Origin: Octopus vulgaris | Lineage: Eukaryota | NCBI GenBank assembly: GCA_951406725.2 | Contig: OX597836.1 | Span: 29,698,001 to 29,762,000, forward strand | Direction of reading: 5' to 3' | DNA length: 64,000 nt | Shown here: in pieces, positions 12,438 to 25,239 of the stretch | Layout: every line of letters starts with the position of its first letter | Position numbering within the stretch: position 1 is the first letter of the stretch | Notes under the pieces: generated by a model | What the model saw: the letters and a program-made list of their open reading frames with translations, nothing else | Told to the model about the DNA's origin: nothing | The model's database searches: none | Made by a program: the position numbers and the translations under genes

Positions 12438-12897
12438 CATAAGTGTTTTGGTTTTTATTTCATTTCATTTTATTTATTTTTTTTTTGTTCCGTTTGCTTT
12501 TATTTGATCCTCTTCAAACTATGGTTCATCTGTATCAACAAGGAAACCTCCATGTGGTGACTCAACTGCTAGAAATAGCAGCAAGGTCTTCTTCAAATTA
12601 GACCCTCAGTGTGGGTGTGTGAGTAAGAAGTTCACTTCCCAACTATGTGGTTCTGAGTTCAGTCTCACTGTGTGGCACTTTGGGCGAGTGTCTTCTTCAT
12701 AGCCTTCAGCTGACCTAAGCCTTGTGAATGGATTTGGTAGATGGAAACTGAAAGAAGCCCATCATATGACACAGAAGGGTTTTATTTATATATATATATA
12801 TATATGGGCCTGATGCAGCCTTCTGGCTTCACAGACCCCAGTTGAACCGTCCAACCCATGCTAGCATGGAAAGCGGACGCTAAAATGATGATGATGA

Positions 12898-12947
<50 letters not shown>

Positions 12948-13524
12948 CAATTGCAGCGTGGAAGGTGTTTATAAGCCATTTAAGAAACATACAAAACCGT
13001 TAGATTCACTTCAACATTTAAATTTAATTTGTCAAAATATTTTCGTCGCTTTCAGACCGTAACCTGTTCACTGACAAAACTTCGTACTAACCCTAACCCT
13101 GACTGCTATCTCTAACATGCTGGTATCTCTTAGATACTCTTGATTATAATTTTATATATGTATGTATTTATACATATACCAGGCTTGTTTAGTTTCTCAA
13201 CCAAATCATAGGCATAAATAAAAAATAGTCAGAGCAACACTGCTTTGTATCATTTGTATAATAACAGTAGTCTCTCAAGCCCAAGAAAGATGTTCCACAG
13301 TTTCTTGCTGTACAATAGTGTACACCCTCCATCAAACAGACATTTTTCTTTTTTCAGTACAGGTGCACAGTGTATCACTTGTCAAGTTTTGACTTCATTG
13401 TGTGAAGCGATATGAGGTGACGTTTTGCTCATGAACGCAACATAACACCCATCTCAGGAGTCAAACCCATGACCTCGCAATCGTGAGTAGATCCATTGTG
13501 AGTGCAACACCCTAACCACTAGAC

Positions 13525-13733
13525 CAGTGCTTTTCAAACTTTTTGCTGGAGCGGAACCCCAAGGAAACATTCCACTGGCTCGAGGAACCCCTGTGCAATA
13601 ATTTAATAATTTGATGGAGGGTGTACACTAATTTAATAGTCTTATGCACACATATCTGCACAGGAGAATTAAAAATTACCGCCGATTTTAGCAGTTTTGT
13701 AACTTCTTGCGGAACCCTGATTGAAAACCACTG
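13525..13733. mobile_element. hAT (Charlie-like) MITE
   Basis: TIR cagtgcttttcaa / ttgaaaaccactg; 8-bp TSD cactagac at 13517-13524 and 13734-13741. Confidence 0.85.
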
Positions 13734-13750
13734 CACTAGACAATATACCT

Positions 13751-13974
13751 ATTTCTTTACTACCCACAAGAGGCTAAACACAGAGGGGACAAACAAGGAC
13801 AGACACACGGATTAATTCGATTACATCGACCCCAGTATGTAACTGGTATTATTTAATCGACCCTGAAAAGATGAAAGGCAAAGTCGACCTCGGCGGAATT
13901 TGAACTCAGAACGTAACTGCAGACGAAATACGGCTACACATTTCGCCCAGCGTGCTAACGTTTCTGCCAGCTCG
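13751..13974 (-). mobile_element. SINE family B (Deu/Nin-domain-like: gcctttcatcctttcggggtcgataaattaagtaccag), monomer
   Basis: tRNA-like A/B boxes; 20-bp TSD ctgcactagacaatatacct at 13731-13750 and 13975-13994. Confidence 0.85.
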
Positions 13975-14499
13975 CTGCACTAGACAATATACCTTCACTT
14001 GTATTGAACGTGTACCTGCTAGAAATAGCAATCAAATCATACCCTCCAAAAATATGGGTAAGTACACATTGGATAATGATCTGGGTTTCATTAACATTAT
14101 CCCATGCAATAATCCAGTGAGGTATGTGTGTAAACCACAGCTGTCACTTGTGAGTATGGCTTGGTAAGCATGTACCAAGCTTTCAACTTATTGTTTAAGG
14201 TTGTCATGTAGTGGCAAGCATTAGACCATAGACATCTGTCAGCTGTCCCACCCTTAACCCAGCAGAATATCCAGGATGAAACAGCTGATGTGAGCAAGTG
14301 GTGCACACACTAAGCTGGTACTTTTTTTCTTTCTTTTTTATCAATCTTCAAAAGGATGAAAAAACAAATTGGACTTTAGCTAGAATCAAACTCTCTTATA
14401 CACACACACACACACTCTGTCTCTCTCTCAGACTAAAATAGACACAGAAGGAAATATACACACTAAAACGTTCATACACACAAAAGTACACACATGCTG

Positions 14500-14531
<32 letters not shown>

Positions 14532-14635
14532 ACACATACACACACACACTCTAAAACAGACAAAAACACCTAAAAATGCACACACAAATATTAAAACACT
14601 AACATACACTAAAATGCTCATGTACACACTCACAT

Positions 14636-14695
<60 letters not shown>

Positions 14696-15105
14696 TAAAA
14701 CACAAACACATACACTAATAGGTTCACATGCACACAAACACACCAAAATGTTCACACATGCACACAGTAAAACCTTCACCTAATGCTGAACATCAGCATT
14801 ACACTGCACATGTGTCTAATTTTGTTTTAACTTGTTCTACTAAAATAAATGGTTACAGCTGTTTAATCATCCAACCGTAAAGTGTCACATACACCACGTG
14901 TTCTGCTTCAGTAAACATCAAGTCCTTCCTCCTTCCTTGTCTTTCCTGGCGGCCAGTCAACATTACACCAGTTTGATTAATAAACCAGTCTATATCTTAG
15001 TTCTATAAGCAAACAAAATTGTGGTCTATGGTACTTCCTGAATGCTCCACCGAATAAGAATATTACCTTGAAATATTCAGTATTGGGGCTTGCATGATGG
15101 GGATC

Positions 15106-17490
15106 CATATCTCATGTAGCATCACTTCTTGAAAAATGGTTGCTCGTACCTGCTCTGTGATTACTCATTCTGCTAGAAATAGCAGTCAAACTTGAGTCAT
15201 GTCTCATGCCGCCCACTTCTCAAAAAATGGTTGCTCATGCCTGCTCTATATGATTCCTCATTCTGCTAGAAATAGCAGTCAAACTTGAACCATGTCTCAT
15301 GCCGCCCACTTCTCAGAAAATGGTTGCTCATGCCTGCTCTATATGATTCCTCATTCTGCTAGAAATAGCCGTCAAACTTGAACCATGTCTCATGCCGCCC
15401 ACTTCTCAGAAAATGGTTGCTCATGCCTGCTCTATATGATTACTCATTCTGCTAGAAATAGCAGTCAACATTGAACCATGTCTCATGTTGACCACTTCTT
15501 AAAAAATGGTTGTTCATGCCTGCTCTATATGATTACTCATTCTGCTAGAAATAGCAGTCAAACTTGAACCATGTCTCATGCTGCCCACTTCTCAAAAAAT
15601 GGTTGCTCATGCCTGCTCTATATGATTCCTCATTCTGCTAGAAATAGCAGTCAAACTTGAACCATGTCTCATGCCGCCCACTTCTCAGAAAATGGTTGCT
15701 CATGCCTGCTCTATATGATTCCTCATTCTGCTAGAAATAGCCGTCAAACTTGAACCATGTCTCATGCCGCCCACTTCTCAGAAAATGGTTGCTCATGCCT
15801 GCTCTATATGATTACTCATTCTGCTAGAAATAGCAGTCAACATTGAACCATGTCTCATGTTGACCACTTCTTAAAAAATGGTTGTTCATGCCTGCTCTAT
15901 ATGATTACTCATTCTGCTAGAAATAGCAGTCAAACTTGAACCATGTCTCATGCTGCCCACTTCTCAAAAAATGGTTGTTCATGCCTGCTCTATATGATTA
16001 CTCATTCTGGAAATAGCAGTCAAACTTGAACATGTCTCATGCTGCCCACTTCTCAAAAAATGGTTGCTCATGCCTGCTCTATATGATTCCTCATTCTGCT
16101 AGAAATAGCAGTCAAACTTGAACCATGTCTCATGCCGCCCACTTCTCAAAAAATGGTTGCTCATGCCTGCTCTATATGATTACTCATTCTGCTAGAAATA
16201 GCCGTCAAACTTGAACCATGTCTCATGCTGCCCACTTCTCAAAAAATGGTTGTTCATGCCTGCTCTATATGATTACTCATTCTGCTAGAAATAGCAGTCA
16301 ACATTGAACCATGTCTCATGCTGCCCACTTCTTAAAAAATGGTTGTTCATGCCTGCTCTATATGTTTACTCATTCTGCTAGAAATAGCAGTCAAACTTGA
16401 GTCATGTCTCATGCTGCCCACTTCTCAAAAAATGGTTGCTCTATATGATTACTCATTCTGCTAGAAATAGCAGTCAAACTTGAACCATGTCTCATGCCGC
16501 CCACTTCTCAGAAAATGGTTGTTCATGCCTGCTCTATATGATTACTCATTCTGCTAGAAATAGCAGTCAATCTTGAGTCATGTCTCATGCTGCCCACTTC
16601 TCAAAAAATGGTAGCTCATGCCTGCTCTATATGATTACTCATTCTGCTAGAGATAGCAGTCAAACTTGAGTCATGTCTCATGCTGCCCACTTCTCAAAAA
16701 ATGGTTGCTCATGCCTGCTCTATATGATTACTCATTCTGCTAGAAATAGCAGTCAACATTTAACCATGTCTCATGTTGACCACTTCTTAAAAAATGGTTG
16801 TTCATGCCTGCTCTATATGATTACTCATTCTGCTAGAAATAGCAGTCAAACTTGAACCATGTTTCATGCTGCCCACTTCTCAATAAATGGTTGCTCATGC
16901 CTGCTCTATATGATTACTCATTCTGCTAGAAATAGCAGTCAAACTTGAATAATGTCTCATGCCGCCCACTTCTCAATAAATGGTTGCTCATGCCTGCTCT
17001 ATATGATTACTCATTCTGCTAGAAATAGCAGTCAAACTTGAACCATGTCTCATGCCGCCCACTTCTCAAAAAATGGTTGCTCATGCCTGCTCTATATGAT
17101 TACTCATTCTGCTAGAAATAGCCGTCAAACTTGAACCATGTCTCATGCTGCCCACTTCTCAAAAAATGGTTGTTCATGCCTGCTCTATATGATTACTCAT
17201 TCTGCTAGAAATAGCAGTCAAACTTGAACCATGTCTCATGCCGCCCACTTCTCAGAAAATGGTTGTTCATGCCTGCTCTATATGATTACTCATTCTGCTA
17301 GAAATAGCAGTCAAACTTAAGTCATGTCTCATGCTGCCCACTTCTCAAAAAATGGTAGCTCATGCCTGCTCTATATCATTACTCATTCTGCTAGAAATAG
17401 CAGTCAAACTTAAGTCATCTCTCATGCCGCCCACTTCTCAGAAAATGGTTGCTCTATGTGATTACTCATTCTGCTAGAAATGGCAGACAA
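15106..17490. repeat. 93-bp minisatellite, about 26 units
   Basis: Unit atgtctcatgctgcccacttctcaaaaaatggttgctcatgcctgctctatatgattactcattctgctagaaatagcagtcaaacttgaacc; tgctag recurs at 15171, 15264, 15357 and onward. Confidence 0.97.
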
Positions 17491-18108
17491 AATTCACTTA
17501 AATGGAGTGTTTTGCTCAAGAACACAAGGTGTTGCTGGGTCCAGGAATCAAAACCACAATCTTACGATCGTGATGCTGACACTCTAACCCCTAAGTCACC
17601 TTATTTCCAATTAATTATGCTTTATCTTGTAGCTTCCAAGGTTTCAAGGATGTGATTCTTTTATCTTTTACTTGTTTCAGTCATTTAACTGCGGCCATGC
17701 TGGGGCATTGCTTTCAGGGATTTAGTCAAACAAATCAAACCCAGTATTTATTTTTCTTAGAGCCTGTTACTTATCCTGTTGGTCTCTTCCTGCTAAACAA
17801 CTAAGTTACGGTGACAGAAACAAACCAACACCAGTTAACAAGTGCTGGGGTGGACAAACACAAAGACACACACACACACATAGGTATATACATACATATA
17901 TACTTTTCTACACAAGGCACAAAATTTTGTGAGAGGCACCCAGTAGATTAGATCTTCCCCAGTACGCAACTAGTACTTAATTTATCGACGCCGAAAGGAT
18001 GAAAGGCGAAGTCAACCTCAGCGGAATTTGAACTTAGAACATAAAGACAGATGAAATACCACTAAGCATTTCGTCTGGCATGCTAACGTTTCTGCCAGCT
18101 TATCACAC

Positions 18109-18268
18109 AGGAGTGGCTGTGTGGTAAGTAGCTTGTCTACCAACCGCATGGTTCCGGGTTCAGTCCCACTGCGTGGCACCTTGGGTAAGTGTCTTCTACT
18201 ATAGCCTCGGGCCAACCAAAGCCTTGTGAGTGGATTTGGTAGATGGAAACTGAAAGAAGCCAGTCGTA

Positions 18269-18314
<46 letters not shown>

Positions 18315-18522
18315 TGTGTGTGTCTGTGTTTGTCCCCTAGCATTGCTTGACAACCGATGCTGGTGTGTTTATGTCCCCGTCACTTAGCAGTTCGGCAAAA
18401 GAGACCGATAGAATAAGTACTGGGCTTACAAAAGAATAAGTCCCGGGGTCGAGTTGCTCGATTAAAGGCGATGCTCCAGCATGGCCGCAGTCAAATGACT
18501 GAAACAAGTAAAAGAGTAGAGT
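18109..18522 (+). mobile_element. SINE family A
   Basis: Full-length match with a (TA)n centre. Confidence 0.85.
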
Positions 18523-18619
18523 ATATATATAAACAGTCTTTCAATTTCTGTCTCCCAAATCCACTCTCAAAGATTTGGTTGGCCCAGGGCTATAGTAGAA
18601 GACACTTGCCTGAGGTACC

Positions 18620-18750
18620 TATTTCTTTATTACCCACAAGGGGCTAAACATAGAGGGGACAAACATGGACAGACATAGGTATTAAGTCGATTACATCGAC
18701 CCCAGTGCTTAACTGGCAGTTAATTTATCGACCCCGAAAGGATGAAAGGC
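18620..18750 (-). mobile_element. 5'-truncated SINE family B flanked by an 89-bp direct duplication
   Basis: 18531-18619 is identical to 18751-18839. Confidence 0.8.
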
Positions 18751-21014
18751 AAACAGTCTTTCAATTTCTGTCTCCCAAATCCACTCTCAAAGATTTGGTT
18801 GGCCCAGGGCTATAGTAGAAGACACTTGCCTGAGGTACCACACGGTGGGACTGAACCCCAAACCATGTGGTTGGGAAGCAAATTTTTATAATGACATTGT
18901 AGGGTAGGTGTGAGGGGCTGGATTTGGCCAGTTTCATTGAACATAAAACAGGTAGGATATTTCAGGTCAGATATGGCCAGTTTAAAAAGGAAAGGGTTAA
19001 AATACCTAAGACATGCTGTATTTGCCATGATGATATGATGGAGTCAACACTTCTGTGTATTATATTCTAGAGTGTGTGTGTTGGTAAATGCTTCGTTTTG
19101 TGAGTCAACTGGATAAGATTCATTATCACTTCTAGGATAAAATAAGTCATATTAATCCACGATGGATACACCTCAGTTGAGACTGAAAACAGTTCATTGA
19201 CTCTGCTCTATTTATCATGTTTTGTTTTTCTGTTGTTGTTGTTGTTGCTGCTTTTTCTGAAGATCAATAAAAGCCATTGATTGATTGACTCACGGTACTA
19301 TTGAATCACCATACACTTATGCCTTACTCATATCAAAATATGTTTACTGCAGGTTCAGTTTCCCAAAAGTAGTAGTAGTGGTAGTGGTGGTGGTGGTAGT
19401 CATAATAGTAGTAATAGTGATGGTGGTGGCAGCAGTAATCGTAGTAGTAGTAGTAGGTGTTGCTGCTGTTGATGTTGTTTAACCCTAGGCCATTCAAACC
19501 TATGATCAAAGATAATGCAGCTCTTAACCATCTGACTTTTATTCATCTTGGATTTCAATAAACCCTTCCTTTTTTAGGTCTCACCTAGCTGCTTTTTCTA
19601 GCAAGTCGAGTGATCTCATAGCAAGAAAAAGCCAATTGTTTCTGTTATATCTATTGTTGCTCAGCCTCAAGGGAGCCCTGATCAAAGAAATCCATGATCA
19701 CAGCCAATCCAACAATGACCAGCTTGTTTTTTTGGGTTTTTTTCAGACAGTATCTTTTCTGACATTTTATCTTCTTATTCTTTTCAGTTATTGGACTGTG
19801 GCCATGTTGGGGCACTACCTTGAAGGGTTTTAGTCAAATAAATCGACCCTAGTACTTACGTTTTTAATTAAAGTTTGGTACTTATTCTATCAACTCCTTA
19901 TTCTGAACCACTAAGTTATGGGGATGTAAACAAACCAACACCAGTTGTCAAGCTATGGTGTGAGACAAACACAAAGACATACATACATACATATGACAGG
20001 CTTCTTTCAGTTTCTTATTCCTTTACTGCTCACAAGGGGCCACACACAGAAGGGACAGACAAACAGATCAAGTCGATTATATTGACCCCTGTGCGTCACT
20101 GGTACTTAATTTATCGACCTGAAAGGATGAAAGGCAAAATCGACCTTGGCGGAATTTGAACCCAGAATGTAGCAGCAGATGAAATACCTATTTCTTTACT
20201 ACCCACAAGGGGCTAAACACAAAGGGTACAGACAAATGGATTAAGTTGATTATATTGACCCCAGTGTGTAACTGGTATTTATTTAACCGCCCCCGAAAGG
20301 ATGAAAGGCAAAGTCGACCTCGGCGGAATTTGAACTCAGAACGTAGCAGCAGACGAAATACTGCTAAGCATTTCACCCGGCGTGCTAACGTTTCTGCCAG
20401 CTCGCCGCTTTTCAGTTTCTTTCAGTTCTTTCAGCTTCTTTTTACTAAACTCACTCACAAGGCTTTGGTCAGCCTGGGGCCGTAGTAGAAGACACTTGCC
20501 TAAGGTGCCATTCAGTGGGGCTGAACCCATCTAAAATTACATTATCCAGTGCCTTCTTTCATTTTTAAATTTTAGGCTTTGACGTGAGGGAGCTTTGGCT
20601 GCTATTTCTAACAGCACAAATGACAATGTAGTGACTCCTTTTGTTGGTGAGATGGTGGGTGATAGTGACTGGTGATGTATTTTGATACAAGAAGAGAATT
20701 TATCAAAGCAGAAGCAAATAAAATGTAATGTTACTGTCAAAGGTCAAATATTTTTACAATAGCTCTGGCATATGTCTTTTGTCTGTTACTTGTTTCAGTC
20801 ATACTTTTTTTTTTTCAGCCTGGTTATTTATCCTATTGGTCTCTTACTGAGCTGCTAAGTTACAGGGACATAAACAAACCAACACTGGTTGTCAAGCGGT
20901 GGTGTGAGACAAACACAGATATAAACACACACACACACTCACACACACACACACTCACTCACACACACACACACTCACACACACACATACACACGCACCA
21001 CACACACACACACA

Positions 21015-21464
21015 ATCTTGCTCAGAACATTGACCTCCTGGAATCTGTCCAGAGACGTGCAACCAAACGCATACCCTCCATCAGACACCTACCATATTCT
21101 GAGCGCCTTGTTTCCCTGGGCATGGATTCACTGAAGCTCCGGCGTCTGGCGACGGACTTGGTAAACACCCACAAAGTTATCAACCACCTCACCAACAACA
21201 ACACTGAACACCTTTTTGATCTCCATGTGTCTAACACACGTGGACATGCCTACAAAGTCAGAAAACAACACAGCTCCCATGACTTTCGGAAACATTTTTT
21301 CACGCTCAGAGTTGCTGAAGCATGGAATAAACTGCCTGCGTCAGTTGTTGACTGCCATGACACTGCATCCTTTAAGGCCCTCATGCTTTCCGAAATCCGC
21401 CGAAACTACACCTGATTATATATACACTTTAGATGAGTTGTAGTGCACCTGAGCACTGTACACA

Positions 21465-21497
<33 letters not shown>
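21015..21497 (+). mobile_element. 5'-truncated CR1-clade LINE (ORF2 C-terminus 21014-21415, 3'UTR, (ATT)n tail) inserted in a SINE (CA)n tract
   Basis: Open frame LESVQRRATKRIP..YSERL..L..RRL..TRGHAYKV..RKHFFTLRVAEAWNKLP, typical of the CR1 ORF2 end. Confidence 0.9.
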
Positions 21498-21499
<2 letters not shown>

Positions 21500-21884
21500 A
21501 TATATATCTTTATAAATGACAGGCTTCAGTTTCTGTCTACCAAATCCACTCACAAGGCTTTGGTCAGCCCAAGACTATAGTAGAAGATATTTGCCCAAGG
21601 TGCCATGCAGTGAAACTGAACACTGAACCATGGAACCATGCGGTTGGGAAGTCACCTTCTTACCACACAGCTACACCAACATATATATATGTGTGGTTAG
21701 GGAGCTTGCTTCCCAACTACATGGTTTCGGGTTCAGTCCCACTGCGTGGCACTTTGGGTAGGTGTTTTCCACTATAGCCCCGAGCCAACCGACGCTTTGT
21801 GATTGAATTCGGTAGGTGGAAGTTACTGCCGTGTGTGTATGTGTGCGTATAGCTGCTCAGTGCCTCTCCGAAAGAGAGAGAGGG

Positions 21885-21925
<41 letters not shown>

Positions 21926-21939
21926 TTTTTCTCATGCTA

Positions 21940-22265
21940 ATTTACAACATTGCTGACTCGTGATATAGATGACTCACAAATGTCAATTTACAACATTGTT
22001 AACTCATAATACTGCTGACTCACAACACAGCAATCCACAATACTGATGACTCACAACTGTTGATTCACAACATTAGTGACTCACAAAAATGTTGATTAGA
22101 ATATTGCTGATTAACAACACTGTTGACTCTTTCAAGTCACAACATTGATGACTCACAATACTACTAACTTACAACACAGCTGACTCACGACAATGCTATC
22201 TCACAACACTGCTGACTTCACATTGACTCATAATATTGTTGACTCACAGCACTTAATTCACAATG
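21940..22265. repeat. Degenerate ~18-20-bp tandem repeat (tgactcacaacattgc)
   Basis: About 16 degenerate units, several carrying a perfect TGACTCA. Confidence 0.8.
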
Positions 22266-22532
22266 TTCTCTTTTAAGCACACAATGTGGGAGCCTTACAC
22301 AGTTTCTTGATCTGCTCAAAAGTGCAGTCAAATTCTTTCAAACATATTCTACTCACCTGGGGCAATATCAAAGACATAAAAACATAAACCTGCCAACACT
22401 GGAACACTTTCCATTTTAGGTCTTCCCAATCAGATCTGACCTGAAATTAAATATCAACAGAGTCAGTTATATGAAGCATTATGATAGCAAAATTACTACA
22501 TCATATGAAGCTGCAACAAGACACCTGTTTCT

Positions 22533-23486
22533 TATTTGTTTATTGCCCACAAGGGTCTAAACAAAGAAGGGGCAAACAAGGACAGACAAACGAATTAAGT
22601 CGATTACATCGACCCCAGTGCGTAACTGGTACTTAATTTATTGACCCCGAAAGGATGAAAGGCAAAGTCGACCACAGCAGAATTTGAACTCAGAATGTAA
22701 TGGCAGACGAAATACCTATTTCTTCACTACCCACAAGGGGCTAAACACAGAGAGGACAGACAAACGAATTAAGTCAATTACATCGATCCCAGTGCATAAC
22801 TTGTACTTAATTTATCAACCCCAAAAGGATGAAAGGCAAAGTCGACCTCAGTGGAATTTGAACTCAAAACGTAATGGCAGACGAAATACCTATTTCTCTA
22901 CTACCCACAAGGGGCTAAACACAGAGAGGACAGACAAACGAATTAAGTCAATTACATCGATCCCAGTGCATAACTTGTACTTAATTTATCAACCCCAAAA
23001 GGATGAAAGGCAAAGTCGGCCTCGGTGGAATTTGAACTCAAAACGTAATGGCAGACGAAATACCTATTTCTATTTCTTCACTACCCACAAGGGGCTAAAC
23101 ACAAAGAGGACAAACAAGGATAGACAAACAAATTAAGTCGATTACATCGACCCCAGTGCGTAACTAGTACTTAATTTATCGACCCCGAAAGGATGAAAGG
23201 CAAAGTCGACCTCGGTGGAATTTGAACTCAGAATGTAATGGCAGACGAAATACTTATTTCTTTACTACTTACAAGGGGCTAAACACAGAGGGGACAAACA
23301 AGGACAGACAAACAAATTAAGTCGATTACATCGACCCCAGTGCGTAACTAGTACTTAATTTATCGACCCTGAAAGGATGAAAGGCAAAGTCGACCTCAGC
23401 GGAATTTGAACTCAGAACGTAACGGCAGACAAAATACCGCAAACATTTCACTCGGCATGCTAACGTTTCTGCCAGCTCACTGCCTT
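22533..23486 (-). mobile_element. SINE family B head-to-tail pentamer
   Basis: Five ~175-185-bp units and a single head; flanked by a 15-bp TSD aagacacctgtttct (22518-22532 / 23487-23501). Confidence 0.9.
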
Positions 23487-24059
23487 AAGACACCTGTTTC
23501 TGTCTCTCTGTCTCACTATAGCCTTTTATCATCTGAAACAAGGCCACCTTCTCCATTACTGTAAGTCAACCTCTTACTGTAGTGGGCATTATGTCCGTCT
23601 GTTCCTTTTTCTCAGTCAAACGACTGAACCAATGGTCATGATGTTTTTTGGGATTACGAAAGAGGTAATCAGGAAAAAGTATGATTATTTAGTGGATACT
23701 GAGATTTGATTTAATAAATCACCTTTGATTTGTTTTGTTAAAATTCCAGCGATGAGGATTAACTCTGGCTCCTCCACCCCTATATAGTTTGCGAATTTAG
23801 AGGGTTTAAATTTGCGATACTATCCCTTTATTTCCCATCATAGATGTTTACACATGGCCAGTTATATGTTGCTATGAGTAGAGCAACAGATTCCAGTAAT
23901 TTGAAAATTAGTGTCGACCAAACAGAAAATATCGTCTACAAAGAAGTTTTGTAATCATATTGATATTATTGAAAGGAATATGATTCATAATTTAAATAAG
24001 GAAATTTGTGAACTTTGAATGTATAAGAGGATAAACAAGAATAAAATAGTGTAAACAAG

Positions 24060-24289
24060 TGTGTGTGTATATGTTTGTGTGTCTGTGTTTGTCCCCCTAG
24101 CATTGCTTGACAACCGATGCTGGTGTGTTTACGCCCCCGTCACTTAGCGGTTCGGCAAAAGAGACCAATAGAATAAGTACTGGGCTTACAAAGAATAAGT
24201 CCCGGGGTCGATTTGCTCGACTAAAGGCGGTGCTCCAGCATGGCCGCAGTCAAATGACTGAAACAAGTAAAAGAGTAAAAGAGTAGAGT
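24060..24289 (+). mobile_element. SINE family A, 3' half
   Basis: Tail match. Confidence 0.8.
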
Positions 24290-24650
24290 AACTAATATAA
24301 AAGTATATCCTAAATAACATTTTGTTTTTTAACACTTTTTATGTAGTGGTCGCAGGAAGGTCTGGCTTTCGTTAGGAGTGGTCCACATAAGTATTCGTGA
24401 TACAGAGGCTGGGAGCCTATTTCAGTTCGGGAGTGAATCGTCATTACATGTCACTTAGTCGCAAACACATGTCATATAGCTGTAATAGAATGCTGTATCA
24501 CCAACAATAATATGATTTCTCTAAGACATCACCCAGTAATCTATCAAACCCCATTTACACATTTCTCAATACATACTGCTGTTGTGACTCCTCTCCCTCA
24601 TTTTATGCTTGCATCTTAGATGGGTAGATTTGCTAGTTATACTACTACTA

Positions 24651-24692
<42 letters not shown>

Positions 24693-24709
24693 ATAATAAT
24701 AATAATAAT

Positions 24710-25239
24710 GATCTTAACTGATTGGAAGTGTTATCATGTACATTGTTTTGTCTTGGTATAAAAGATGGGCTACAGCAAATATTCTGCTCAATACCACAGA
24801 GTTGCTTGTCAGTTGTTTGACCTTAACCAGTTGAGCATGTCCCTTAGTGGCTGACGATATGTGCATCTCTGATCACGAGCAGAAGTAGTGGGGGAGCATC
24901 ATAGCCATGTGTTGAGAGGGATTCTTTGGGGTTTGAATAGTTCACCTCTGGAAACATGGGTGGTTCTTTCAACATCCTTAAGCAACCCTTATTCAGGGAC
25001 CGTTTGAGCGGGATGGGCTACTCAACCTGAAAAAAATTCTAACTGGGCCCCACCTGCAAGGTCATGTGCTGTTTATCTTGATATGAGATCACCATGTCAC
25101 GCACATATGGTTGTGATGCATGTGCCTGGTGTACCTTTATCAGACGGGTAGTCATGATGGGTATATTGGGCTTCGTATATTTTACCCCAGTGTCACTTTG
25201 ATGGCATGAACTGCTCTCTCACTCAATAATAATAATAAT
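24710..25239 (+). mobile_element. 5'-truncated non-LTR element 3' region within a (TAA)n microsatellite, possibly R4/Dong clade
   Basis: GC-richer block bounded by (TAA)n on the left and ending in (AAT)n. Dong-type elements are known to target TAA repeats; the clade is inferred, not shown. Confidence 0.5.

Noticed and set aside
15106-17490. CRISPR-like array or coding repeat (93 = 31 codons)
   Set aside because: No unique spacers, eukaryotic context, and stops recur in most units.
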